Positions 7,066-15,587 of a stretch of 64,000 bases of DNA are shown piece after piece. How positions within the stretch are numbered: position 1 is the stretch's first letter; each line of letters starts with the position of its first letter. A program made the translations under genes and the position numbers. This DNA is from an uncultured bacterium (GTDB lineage Bacteria; Chlamydiota; Chlamydiia; Chlamydiales; VFKH01). Location of the stretch: NCBI GenBank assembly GCA_964596685.1, contig CAZQVA010000001.1:836-64835 (forward strand), in the 5' to 3' direction. The notes beneath the pieces were generated by a model. It was not told the origin of the DNA. It searched no databases and worked only from the letters and a program-made list of their open reading frames with translations.

Positions 7066-9162
7066 ATGTTCGGCCCTTACTTGCGTTCGAATACGCCAAA
7101 ACACGAATTTTGGGAGCGCGTTGAAGAGTATGTTACCCCCACATACAAGAACCATAAAATTATCATACTTGGCGAGACAACCCCTAAAACAGTACAGGGC
7201 CTCCACTCTTGGAAAGAAATCGTCAAATGCGCCAGTCACTGCCTTGTCTTTCCCTTATTGGCTGCACACATCCTTCGTTGCTTCATAAGACCTTCTCAGA
7301 ACATCACCCCCACATTACACCCCAATATTATTGAAGGAGCGCACAAGGCCACTGAGGCAAGCACTTCTCTCATACGATCAACATCATCTATTCACCCACT
7401 AACAAATAGTGATAAAAACACTGACGCAGCAAAACCATCCGAAAGTGAACCAGAGGAAACTAGAGCCTCTTCACCCTCTTCGCTGCCACCACAGCAAGCG
7501 CCTACTCCTGTGCCCTTGCATCAAGAAGTTACACCACCCAAATCACCCACTTATGAGCCTTTTGCAAAAGGCTCTTATGCCAACCAACCCCCTCCATCCC
7601 TTCCAGAAAACATCCAGTGGCGCCAATGGAATGGTCGCGGTGTACCTCAATTTTTAAAGATTTCAGCAGGAGAGATCCCAGATCTCCAGAACCATCCCGA
7701 TCTTAAACAACTAAAGGCTCTAGCTATTGATGGAGTCGTTTCACTTCAACAACTCCATAACATTGAAACGGCCCTTGGTCGCCCACTCGCTTACCGTATA
7801 GAAAATCTGTCAAACATCGATGCTTCAGGAGTGCCTGAAGAATGGCTCTATAATTTTTTGTCACATTTGGCTCAGCATCCACCTCTACCACATGGAATCG
7901 AATCTCTTTCTCTTAATCAAACGGATCCTGTTTGGGGGGCTTTAATAGGAAAATTTCCTCAGAAAAAATATAGCTTCGACAGCCGCGCTATGACCCCTAA
8001 TGAATTTCTAGCTACACTGTCCTCTCTTGTAGAGGAAGAAAAACAGGGGCTTGCCATTATAAAAGCCATCCGATTGCCTATAAGCGCCACAGAAGATGAT
8101 GTCAACCGTTTTAAACCCCTGTTAAAGAAATTGACAGACCTGCTTTATATTGATACACCACACTCCACATCTCTTTCATCTGTAGAGGCTATCTGCGTGG
8201 CAGGAACAATGCATTTTCCGCATGAGCGTCAGTCAGCTCCTTTATCTATCCCCTTTTCACCCTCTTTTGAGGAACTGCTTGCCCACGCGGCAGGAGGAAA
8301 TCCTATCACTATCAGTTGCATGGATGGAAAGGTACACATTGGACAGGATCTCTTAGGCCAAGCCACCTCATTTGCAACAGCACTAGACAAAGCCAGTGTT
8401 TTGCGTTTTTTACACCGAGCATTAACAACTAACCTTGAGACACGCACTGCTGACGAAGCTGAGCACAACGCCTATCTTATTCAGCAATTGCAATGTACAG
8501 CCCTCTATCCTACGGCTATTAGAGAATTCTTGCGTCATCCGAATATTGCTGAAAATATTGACGAGGTCAAAGAACTCTCCCAAAAAGCCCAACTGCTTGC
8601 TAAAGCAAAAGGAGGAGAACTTCCCATCAACTATCCGAAATTCCCTCACCTTTGCTCCCTTACCCCTCCCCTCGAATCACTGACTGTCACCTTTCAAGGG
8701 ATTGAAGAGAGCCTTGTTTTACCAAAAATCACCTTTGCTTCTTCTAGTAAATTTTTTGACAAACTTTACCGAGAAGGATTTCAACAAGGTGGACAGAACC
8801 ATATTCCCCCAAATCCAGATAGTTTTGAACTCACCGATGAGCGTCTGCCCTTTACAAACAAGGATGTGCAACAACTGAAAGACTATTTCAAGGAGAACAA
8901 ACTCCCGCCCATCAATTCACTAAATGATCTGGCAACCATCTATACACGCGGAGAAGCGTTACAAATCTCCGCTTTTGCAACGCATGCGCAAAGTCAGCTA
9001 GCTAGGTGGATTGACACTGCAGATACACTTACCGATGATCAATTACGTACAATTATTCAAGCTAGTGCATTAACCATCGAAAATACCACAATCCCTTGTA
9101 CTGCAGAGATGGTTACTGCAGCAGACAATGAGATTTTACGCAGAATGGCTAATGAGGCATAA
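7066..9162 (+). CDS. large orphan protein with Pro-rich linker and C-terminal BTB/POZ-like region (effector candidate)
   Basis: 698 aa. It has a hydrophobic segment (CASHCLVFPLLAAHILRCFI), a Pro/Ser/Thr-rich stretch (SSPSSLPPQQAPTPVPLHQEVTPPKSPTYEP) and a BTB-like pattern near the C-terminus (LTVTFQGIEESLVLPKITFASSSKFFDKLYREGF...VQQLKDYFKENKLP...LATIYTRGEALQI). Confidence 0.7.
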   Translation: MFGPYLRSNTPKHEFWERVEEYVTPTYKNHKIIILGETTPKTVQGLHSWKEIVKCASHCLVFPLLAAHILRCFIRPSQNITPTLHPNIIEGAHKATEASTSLIRSTSSIHPLTNSDKNTDAAKPSESEPEETRASSPSSLPPQQAPTPVPLHQEVTPPKSPTYEPFAKGSYANQPPPSLPENIQWRQWNGRGVPQFLKISAGEIPDLQNHPDLKQLKALAIDGVVSLQQLHNIETALGRPLAYRIENLSNIDASGVPEEWLYNFLSHLAQHPPLPHGIESLSLNQTDPVWGALIGKFPQKKYSFDSRAMTPNEFLATLSSLVEEEKQGLAIIKAIRLPISATEDDVNRFKPLLKKLTDLLYIDTPHSTSLSSVEAICVAGTMHFPHERQSAPLSIPFSPSFEELLAHAAGGNPITISCMDGKVHIGQDLLGQATSFATALDKASVLRFLHRALTTNLETRTADEAEHNAYLIQQLQCTALYPTAIREFLRHPNIAENIDEVKELSQKAQLLAKAKGGELPINYPKFPHLCSLTPPLESLTVTFQGIEESLVLPKITFASSSKFFDKLYREGFQQGGQNHIPPNPDSFELTDERLPFTNKDVQQLKDYFKENKLPPINSLNDLATIYTRGEALQISAFATHAQSQLARWIDTADTLTDDQLRTIIQASALTIENTTIPCTAEMVTAADNEILRRMANEA

Positions 9163-9187
9163 GCACTGATCCTAATTTAAAAACCCC

Positions 9188-9217
9188 TTGTTTCTTTATT
9201 GGCCACCTTGCTATAAT
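9188..9217 (+). promoter_or_regulatory. sigma70-like promoter for tRNA-Val
   Basis: TTGTTT (9188-9193), an 18-nt spacer, then TATAAT (9212-9217). The tRNA 5' end lies 11 nt downstream. Confidence 0.45.
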
Positions 9218-9228
9218 CCTTCGTCATC

Positions 9229-9302
9229 GGGGTGTTAGCTCAGTTGGTTAGAGCGCCACGTTGACATCGTGGAGGTCAGCTGTTCGAGTCAGCTACATCC
9301 CA
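9229..9302 (+). tRNA. tRNA-Val (anticodon GAC)
   Basis: The cloverleaf was folded by hand. Acceptor stem GGGGTGT/ACATCCC, D stem GCTC/GAGC, anticodon stem CCACG/CGTGG with loop TTGACAT, and T arm AGCTG-TTCGAGT-CAGCT. Confidence 0.93.
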
Positions 9303-9319
9303 TTTGCCCCCTTCATTTT

Positions 9320-10741
9320 ATGATCCATCCCACAGCCGTTGTTTTTTCATCAGCACTTCTACAGCTTGTTCCTAAAGCAGAAATTGTTGACGTAGCCTGT
9401 CATCAATGGGGCATTTTCCTCGACGTACGTCAAGTACCGAACGATGAAACCTTGTTAAAGCACCTTATCGAACGTTTTGCACAAGTCAAGCGCGCAAATA
9501 CACCCCTCAAACTCATGCACATGACCCCTAGCAATGCCTCGCAGTTGCTTTTACACATCCACCAGCCCTTGCGTGCACAAGCTGCTGCTCGCTGTAAAGA
9601 CACCTTAATCACCTTGCTGCGCTGCGAAAGTGGATATTGTGATCTTTCCTCTGAAGCAGCCATTGAATCTTCAAATGAGGCCTGGGAGATAGCGCTTGTC
9701 ATGGCGCAACCAACTAAACACTTTTTACGATTACATTTAGCCTGTGCCCCACACTCTCAAGCTCTAAAAGCGAGTGTAAAAAGTTATCGCCACGCCCTCG
9801 CTAATAATTGGCAAATGCGATCACAAGCCTTAGAGCTCATGGAGCAATCCCATTTATCTTGGAATCAGCGCGGTGCTCTCTTTCGCACACAGTTACAACA
9901 ATGGATTAAAAATCGCTATCGTCAACTCGGCATCCCCGAATACGCCCCCCTGACTCGCGAATATACACCAGTGGCCGGCTTTCACTTTGAAACACGCAAG
10001 GGTTTTGGCGTTGACTTACTCCACACAGACTCTATTGGCGACGTAGGAACGGAAGAATTGCCAGCAAAGGACTTTGACAAGCGCGTGCTTTCTCTATTGC
10101 AATTCATTCACAAAACTGCTAACCTTTTAGCCATTAAGCAAAGTCTGTTAGTGCGCTGCCCACGTGGAGGCTCAAAAAACCCTCAACGTGAGTGTGGTGC
10201 CCGTCTGGTCAAGACGGTAAAACGCGCGGAGATAGACTTTCGCCACGAGCATACTGCAGAATTGCCCGCCATCGAATGGTTCTTTGAAGACACCTTCGGT
10301 CGTTCTTGGTTGGGAGCGTGGCTGCGCGTTGAGATAGTTGATTCAAACACGTATCGTGTGCATTGGTCTTTCTGCCATTCTGTTGATCGGTTGGCGGCAT
10401 TGATTTTGGAGCACAACTCTCATCTTGCCCTCTTTTTAGAGCCGCAAGAAGTTTGGTTACTCCCCGCACATAAGACGCATCATGAATTAGCTCAATCTTG
10501 GCTTAAGCAGCTCAATGAAATTTATACTCGTGTGGCGATACTGCCCGCAAGCGATGCACTACATGATCGTTTAAAACGTGCGCATGCGCTTTCCATCCCT
10601 TTTATTCTCGTTTTAGATGAGAATACTATGGAAACTGGAAGTGCAGCCCAAATTGTAAAAGATTGCAAAGAAAAAAGAATCACCCTTTGCGAACTAATAC
10701 AAGAGGTTATGGAAATGAGGAGAATCGTTGAGAGTCAATAA
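9320..10741 (+). CDS. degenerate threonyl-tRNA-synthetase-like protein (class II core remnant plus anticodon-binding domain)
   Basis: The track ORF start 9269 lies inside tRNA-Val, so ATG 9320 is preferred (473 aa). The C-terminus aligns by eye to the ThrRS end of the catalytic core plus the HGTP_anticodon domain (DTFGRSWLGAWLRVEIV...VHWSFCHSVDRLAALILEH...LEPQEVWLLPA...IPFILVLDENTMETG). The gene sits at the thrS position of the thrS-infC-rpmI-rplT-pheS arrangement. Confidence 0.7.
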   Translation: MIHPTAVVFSSALLQLVPKAEIVDVACHQWGIFLDVRQVPNDETLLKHLIERFAQVKRANTPLKLMHMTPSNASQLLLHIHQPLRAQAAARCKDTLITLLRCESGYCDLSSEAAIESSNEAWEIALVMAQPTKHFLRLHLACAPHSQALKASVKSYRHALANNWQMRSQALELMEQSHLSWNQRGALFRTQLQQWIKNRYRQLGIPEYAPLTREYTPVAGFHFETRKGFGVDLLHTDSIGDVGTEELPAKDFDKRVLSLLQFIHKTANLLAIKQSLLVRCPRGGSKNPQRECGARLVKTVKRAEIDFRHEHTAELPAIEWFFEDTFGRSWLGAWLRVEIVDSNTYRVHWSFCHSVDRLAALILEHNSHLALFLEPQEVWLLPAHKTHHELAQSWLKQLNEIYTRVAILPASDALHDRLKRAHALSIPFILVLDENTMETGSAAQIVKDCKEKRITLCELIQEVMEMRRIVESQ

Positions 10742-11237
10742 AGAAATTCGCGCACCACGCGTGCGTTTGATTGGTCCAGATGGTGAACAAGCTGGCATTG
10801 TCCCTTTTCGCGATGCTTTGGCAATGGCAGAAGATGCCGGCATGGATCTCGTCGAGGTCGGCGCCAATGCAGAACCACCTGTCTGTAAGATCATCAACTA
10901 CGGCAAATTCCGTTACGACCAAACAAAGAAAGAGCGTGAAAATAAAAAAGCACAGCACCAGATCAAGGTCAAAGAGATCAAGCTAAAACCGAATATTGAT
11001 GACCATGATTTTGAAACGAAGAAAAACCATGCTCGCGACTTTTTGTCTAAGGGCAATAAAATCAAATTAACGTGTACATTCCGCGGTCGCGAAATGGCTC
11101 ACACCGATATTGGTTTTGCAGTGGTCGAAAAGATGATTCGCGAAATAGAAGATTTAGGACATCCTGAAGCCCCTCTCAAGTTAATGGGTCGTGCCCTTAA
11201 CACGGTATTGGCTCCAGGAAGCGCCAAGAAGCATTAA
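10728..11237 (+). CDS. infC: translation initiation factor IF-3
   Basis: 169 aa: EIRAPRVRLIGPDGEQAGIV...AEPPVCKIINYGKFRY...FRGREMAH. A TTG start is the only start-like codon after the in-frame stop at 10716-10718. GAGGAG lies 5 nt upstream. Confidence 0.93.
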   Translation: MRVNKEIRAPRVRLIGPDGEQAGIVPFRDALAMAEDAGMDLVEVGANAEPPVCKIINYGKFRYDQTKKERENKKAQHQIKVKEIKLKPNIDDHDFETKKNHARDFLSKGNKIKLTCTFRGREMAHTDIGFAVVEKMIREIEDLGHPEAPLKLMGRALNTVLAPGSAKKH

Positions 11238-11249
11238 AGGAGATTTTTT

Positions 11250-11444
11250 GTGCCTAAAATGAAAACACGTAAGGCTGTTGTGTCTCGCTTCAAAGTGACA
11301 GCCACAGGCAAATTATTGAGACATCGTCCAGGAAGACGTCATATTTTGACGAAAAAGTCTTCTAAGAGAAAGCGTTTATTAGCCTCTCCAGCACTGGTAG
11401 ATTCGTCACAATTGAATATGTATAAGCGCCTGATGATGGCCTAA
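11250..11444 (+). CDS. rpmI: 50S ribosomal protein L35
   Basis: MPKMKTRKAVVSRFKVTATGKLLRHRPGRRHILTKKS. GTG start with AAAGGAG 7 nt upstream. Confidence 0.95.
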   Translation: MPKMKTRKAVVSRFKVTATGKLLRHRPGRRHILTKKSSKRKRLLASPALVDSSQLNMYKRLMMA

Positions 11445-11465
11445 AGTTGTAGGGAGTAAAATAGT

Positions 11466-11825
11466 ATGGTAAGAGCAACAAGCGCGCTGCCAAGACATCG
11501 TCGCCGCAAGCGTCTGATGAAGCAGGCAAAAGGATTTTGGGGAGATCGCAAGAATCACGTTCGTCAAACAAAGAACGCCGTGATGAAGGCATTGGCCTAC
11601 AATTATATCCACCGCAAAAAACGCAAGTCGGAATTTCGTGCCCTATGGATTGAGCGTATCAACGTCGCCGCACGTATTAATGGTATTTCTTACAGCAAGT
11701 TGATTTGTGGATTGACAAAAGCGGGCTCTACTTTGAACCGCAAGATGCTGTCTGAAATGGCAATTCACGACGCACCAGGCTTTGCTGCGGTTGTTGAACA
11801 AGCAAAAACTGCGCTAGCGTCATAA
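11466..11825 (+). CDS. rplT: 50S ribosomal protein L20
   Basis: 119 aa: RHRRRKRLMKQAKGFWGDRKN...RKKRKSEFRALWIERINVAAR. Confidence 0.97.
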   Translation: MVRATSALPRHRRRKRLMKQAKGFWGDRKNHVRQTKNAVMKALAYNYIHRKKRKSEFRALWIERINVAARINGISYSKLICGLTKAGSTLNRKMLSEMAIHDAPGFAAVVEQAKTALAS

Positions 11826-11841
11826 TAAATCAAACAGGGTC

Positions 11842-12864
11842 ATGATGAAAGAGGAAGTGGACGCACTACAGTTACTTTTTGACAAAGAATTACAACAAGC
11901 GGCAACACTTGAAGCTTTGCAAAACGTGCGCGTTCACTTTCTTGGCAAAAAAAGCCCCCTTCAAGCTCTCATGAAGCAGCTCAAGGATTTTAATCCCCAA
12001 GAGCGTCAAGAAGCAGGCCGCTGGCTAAACCTCCTGAAAGATCGCATTGAAAATGATCTGAATGCGCGCCATGAAGCACTTTTGGCAGCTCATCAAGAGG
12101 AACAGATTAAGCTTGAGTGTCTGGATGTCACACTCCCGGCGCGCCATCTGCCCCAAGGGGGTGCTCATCCAGTTTTAGCAATGCTCGATGAAGTGAGTAC
12201 CATTCTTGCAGAAATGGGTTTTTCCATTCAGCAGGGTCCTCATATCGAGAGTGATTACTATAACTTTGAAGCATTGAACTATCCGAAGGACCATCCTGCA
12301 AGAGATATGCAGGATACCTTTTATCTTTCTGATGATCTACTTTTGCGCACGCACAATACGAGCATTCAAGTGCGCTTAATGGAAAATACAACGCCTCCGA
12401 TCCGCATCATTTGCCCTGGCAAATGCTTTAGAAACGAGGAAGTCAATGCGCGTTGTCACCTATTTTTCCATCAAGTCGATGGCTTATACATCGATAAAAA
12501 CGTTTCTTTTGCCGACTTACTCGCCACATTAGAAGAATTTCTAAAACGTCTTTTCGGCAACAAAGTAGAAACGCGTTTCCGCCCTAGCTACTTTCCCTTT
12601 GTGGAACCTGGTCTTGAAGCGGATGTTACTTGTCTCGCCTGTGAAGGTAAAGGATGTAGCGTTTGCAAACATTCGGGCTGGCTTGAAATTCTGGGAGCTG
12701 GTATGATACATCCCGAAGTACTGCGTACAGGTGGTATTGACCCTGAGATCTATAGTGGTTTTGCCTGGGGAATGGGGATTGAGCGCCTCGTGATGATCAA
12801 ACATCGCATTCGCGACATCCGCCTCTTTTCGCAAAACGACATGCGTTTTCTCGCGCAATTTTAA
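11842..12864 (+). CDS. pheS: phenylalanyl-tRNA synthetase alpha subunit
   Basis: 340 aa. HPARDMQDTFY, FRNEEV, and class II motif 3 GFAWGMGIERLVM. Confidence 0.97.
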   Translation: MMKEEVDALQLLFDKELQQAATLEALQNVRVHFLGKKSPLQALMKQLKDFNPQERQEAGRWLNLLKDRIENDLNARHEALLAAHQEEQIKLECLDVTLPARHLPQGGAHPVLAMLDEVSTILAEMGFSIQQGPHIESDYYNFEALNYPKDHPARDMQDTFYLSDDLLLRTHNTSIQVRLMENTTPPIRIICPGKCFRNEEVNARCHLFFHQVDGLYIDKNVSFADLLATLEEFLKRLFGNKVETRFRPSYFPFVEPGLEADVTCLACEGKGCSVCKHSGWLEILGAGMIHPEVLRTGGIDPEIYSGFAWGMGIERLVMIKHRIRDIRLFSQNDMRFLAQF

Positions 12865-12874
12865 ACATTTTCCT

Positions 12875-12959
12875 GGAAGAGTGGCAGAGTGGTCTATTGC
12901 ATCTGTCTTGAAAACAGAAGTTGTGAAAGCAACCGTGGGTTCGAATCCTACCTCTTCCG
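12875..12959 (+). tRNA. tRNA-Ser (anticodon UGA)
   Basis: Acceptor stem GGAAGAG/CTCTTCC, anticodon stem TCTGT/ACAGA with loop CTTGAAA, long variable arm (AGTTGTGAAAGCAACC), and T arm GTGGG-TTCGAAT-CCTAC. Confidence 0.93.
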
Positions 12960-12988
12960 ATTTTTCTCCTGGCATAGCAGCACCTTAC

Positions 12989-13026
12989 TTCTTATTATCG
13001 ACTTTGTCAATATTCGATAATAAGAA
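12989..13026. repeat. palindrome 1: TTCTTATTATCGA-N12-TCGATAATAAGAA
   Basis: The 13-bp arms (12989-13001 / 13014-13026) are perfect and separated by a 12-nt spacer. It shares the core CTTATTATCGA/TCGATAATAAG with palindrome 2. Confidence 0.85.
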
Positions 13027-13056
13027 AGGTTTCTATCATCAGCTTCGCGAATAAAA

Positions 13057-13102
13057 AGTTATCTTATTATCGAATTCATTTACTATCGATAATAAGATAA
13101 CT
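13057..13102. repeat. palindrome 2: AGTTATCTTATTATCGA-N12-TCGATAATAAGATAACT
   Basis: The 17-bp arms (13057-13073 / 13086-13102) are perfect and separated by a 12-nt spacer. Its centre lies about 72 bp from the centre of palindrome 1. Confidence 0.85.
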
Positions 13103-13125
13103 TCTCATCCTTAACTTGGTTGAAA

Positions 13126-13533
13126 CTATGCTGTCTTGATGTTATTGCTAAATTGTTTACCAAAGTGGAGTGCTGCCTCTGCCAAAAATGCAGAGCGACT
13201 AAGATTTAATCGCCTTGCACGTTGATCCACAATACTAAGCACATCTTTAGGAAGTGTTATATTGATCCGAACTGTATAATGAGATGGAACTTCAACAAGG
13301 AATGCAATAGCTAAACGGTTCTCAGGGCATGACATAATTTCTTCTAAAGTGCTTGGTGCAGAAATCTGTTCACCCATTTCATTCAGTATATTGATGTGAC
13401 CAACCAGAGCTTCTTGAGCCATTGTTTTAACCTGTTCAAGCGTTGCTCCAGCAGACACGCACCCTGGAAAATCGGGAAAACTTACTCCATAGTCTGAGTT
13501 TTCTTCTTTGTGGATGAGTGCTATATAGTTCAT
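13126..13533 (-). CDS. hicB: HicB-family antitoxin with C-terminal ribbon-helix-helix
   Basis: 135 aa. HicB fold signature MNYIALIHKEENSDYGVSFPDFPGCVSAGATLEQ. The C-terminus is CopG/RHH-like (ITLPKDVLSIVDQRARRLNLSRSAFLAEAAL). Confidence 0.9.
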   Translation of the reverse strand: MNYIALIHKEENSDYGVSFPDFPGCVSAGATLEQVKTMAQEALVGHINILNEMGEQISAPSTLEEIMSCPENRLAIAFLVEVPSHYTVRINITLPKDVLSIVDQRARRLNLSRSAFLAEAALHFGKQFSNNIKTA

Positions 13534-13727
13534 ACTTTTTCTCCAAACTTAACGTTTGCCTGCTTTTCTATACTCTTCAAAGTACCTGTTGGCAAGTCTC
13601 TCTTGGGGTGTGGGACAGTAACTAACCCTTTCTTTGTGGGATGAACAAAATGATGATGACTACCAGTAGTTCGTTTTAGTTTCCACCCATTTTTCTCCAA
13701 TAGTTGTATAACTTTACGACTGTCCAT
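13530..13727 (-). CDS. hicA: HicA-family mRNA interferase toxin
   Basis: 65 aa: KVIQLLEKNGWKLKRTTGSHHHFVHPTKKGLVTVPHPKRDLPTGTLKSIEKQA. ATGA overlap with hicB. Confidence 0.9.
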   Translation of the reverse strand: MDSRKVIQLLEKNGWKLKRTTGSHHHFVHPTKKGLVTVPHPKRDLPTGTLKSIEKQANVKFGEKV

Positions 13728-13756
13728 TCTTGTCTAATTCCCATATCCGATTTCTC

Positions 13757-13785
13757 GTTATACACACTATACACATATCGATCAA
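13757..13785 (-). promoter_or_regulatory. candidate hicAB promoter
   Basis: On the minus strand: TTGATC (13785-13780), a 17-nt spacer, then TATAAC (13762-13757), about 30 nt upstream of the hicA ATG. A TCGATA motif overlaps the -35 box. Confidence 0.4.
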
Positions 13786-13832
13786 TGATTTTCATTTTTA
13801 ATAAGATGAGCCTTTTGCAAAGCTTGCAACTC

Positions 13833-14738
13833 TTATGCGAATCTATGGGAGCTAGCATACACACTCACTACTGGAGTGACATCTTGATATTGGGAGATCC
13901 AAGCTTTTGAACGAGGAAATGCACCTGTTGGATGCTGATATACCTGCAAGGTCTGAGGGTCCAATATTAACAAGCAATCATTTTTCCTAGTATCTATATA
14001 GTGGTATGTTCTCGTTGTTACCGCATCAATTTCTAGACTGGAAGAGACAGCTTCTGTTCTTCCATATTTATTAACAGTACGCACCCGATCACTATAAGTC
14101 TCGTAATGCGTTGAGGCAGTACAACCTGCATATTCACGTGAAAAGGTATGGCGTTCTCCATTAGATTGCGGAGCGTTAAACTCTTGTAATTTCTCCACTA
14201 TCTCGCGGTTTTGAAAATCTGCAGCGAGCAATAAAGCATTATAGCGTGAAACAATTATGTCATTTATACCATACCGAGGCAACTTGTGAGCATAGTCATC
14301 TTTAAAGGTAAGCAACGCCTTGCTGTCTGTTAGCCAGAATTTTCGATCAACATCCGCCCCTTGTGCTAATAATTTTTCTGCACCATGTACATTATTCGCA
14401 CAAATCGCCTCAATTAAAGCTTTGCCCAGCCTATGTGTTTTCGCGGGAGTTAAAGCATGTCGCATGAACTGACCCACTTTTGGCAATAGCTGAGCCATAT
14501 GCTCAGAGTTTAATTCATTAAGAGATGCCACGTGGACGTCATGACAACTCAAAAACTTCTGATAACTTTTTTTATTTACTACATAGACTTGCCCATCAAT
14601 CTGCAGATCTACTGTTTTGCCAAATAGGGATGCAAAAAGCTTCGTTAAGCAGTTATTATAACTATTAATGCTTCCTTGGTAGTCTTTTCCTAGACCAATA
14701 TGTAGTCGACCTTGATCAACAGTTCCAACATATACCAT
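13833..14738 (-). CDS. orphan protein with ankyrin-like repeats
   Basis: 301 aa. Ankyrin-like segments LGKALIEAICANNVHGAEKLLAQGADVD and RYNALLLAADFQNREIVEKLQEFNA. I recognise no other domain. Confidence 0.7.
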   Translation of the reverse strand: MVYVGTVDQGRLHIGLGKDYQGSINSYNNCLTKLFASLFGKTVDLQIDGQVYVVNKKSYQKFLSCHDVHVASLNELNSEHMAQLLPKVGQFMRHALTPAKTHRLGKALIEAICANNVHGAEKLLAQGADVDRKFWLTDSKALLTFKDDYAHKLPRYGINDIIVSRYNALLLAADFQNREIVEKLQEFNAPQSNGERHTFSREYAGCTASTHYETYSDRVRTVNKYGRTEAVSSSLEIDAVTTRTYHYIDTRKNDCLLILDPQTLQVYQHPTGAFPRSKAWISQYQDVTPVVSVYASSHRFA

Positions 14739-14937
14739 GATGTCTCCTTTTAGATCCTTTTGAAAAACTATCCATAACAGAATCTTTAGTATTTTCTTTT
14801 TCTCTAAATTAAACTATTTTTATTTATTTGTAAATCGTTTATTTGATTATTTTTTATTAAGGTGCGATTTTCTTGATTTGAACATGGTTGACGCTTTTTG
14901 AAAGAGATGCGATTGTAGAAAAAAGAAGGAGTGCTTT

Positions 14938-15576
14938 ATGCGCTTAAGTTATTTATTTCTCTGTGGGTGTCTTTCGCTTTTTTCACATCCCACGTTTGCA
15001 GATACGGCGCCCTCTGTATCAGAAAAGGAAAGCCATAAAGAAGGTGCCATCACTTTTCTCTTACCTGTCAACTGGACCACGGATGACCTTACAAATCTCG
15101 TCATTAAACTTCCCGAAGAATTTCGCAACATTCAGCCCTTAAGTGAATGGAATAAACCCGAAACAGTGATCATTGAGTTTATCCCTAAATCAGACTCAGA
15201 AGATGAGTGGAAACAAATTATTACATTGACAAAGTACGTTGGTCAAAAAATTGATGCTAAACAAGTCACTGATCTATTAAAAGAAGGACTTTTAGCTGAA
15301 ACAAAAAATGGCACAGTGCTCCAAGAGGAAACAAAAAAGGAAGATGCTTATCAACGCGCCTCTTTAGCATTAAGCTACGACTACGAAGGTTATCACGAAC
15401 TTTTAGGGGCTCTCTATTATTCAGGACCCCTGGATTGCGCCGGTGTACAATACACAATTCGCGCTAAGAAAGATCAAAATGACAAAGACACGTTAAAAAT
15501 TATTAATGATTTTTTCGATAAGAATGTGGAAATTGTCTCCACTCCAAAAGAAGATGAAGAAGAGGACCATTCATGA
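14938..15576 (+). CDS. secreted hypothetical protein
   Basis: 212 aa. AAGGAG lies 7 nt upstream of the ATG. Signal peptide MRLSYLFLCGCLSLFSHPTFA, and an acidic C-terminal tail (KEDEEEDHS). Confidence 0.7.
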   Translation: MRLSYLFLCGCLSLFSHPTFADTAPSVSEKESHKEGAITFLLPVNWTTDDLTNLVIKLPEEFRNIQPLSEWNKPETVIIEFIPKSDSEDEWKQIITLTKYVGQKIDAKQVTDLLKEGLLAETKNGTVLQEETKKEDAYQRASLALSYDYEGYHELLGALYYSGPLDCAGVQYTIRAKKDQNDKDTLKIINDFFDKNVEIVSTPKEDEEEDHS

Positions 15577-15587
15577 AGGAGGACATC

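Noticed and set aside
9269-9319. Track start of the ThrRS-like ORF at 9269
   Set aside because: These codons lie inside tRNA-Val (9229-9302). ATG 9320 is the first start clear of the tRNA.
12541-12975. Minus-strand 144-aa ORF
   Set aside because: It is antisense to the pheS 3' end and reads straight through tRNA-Ser, so it is an artefact.
13028-13040. GGTTTCTATCAT shared between 13028-13039 and 36289-36300
   Set aside because: This is a 12-mer coincidence without flanking similarity, which is within chance expectation.
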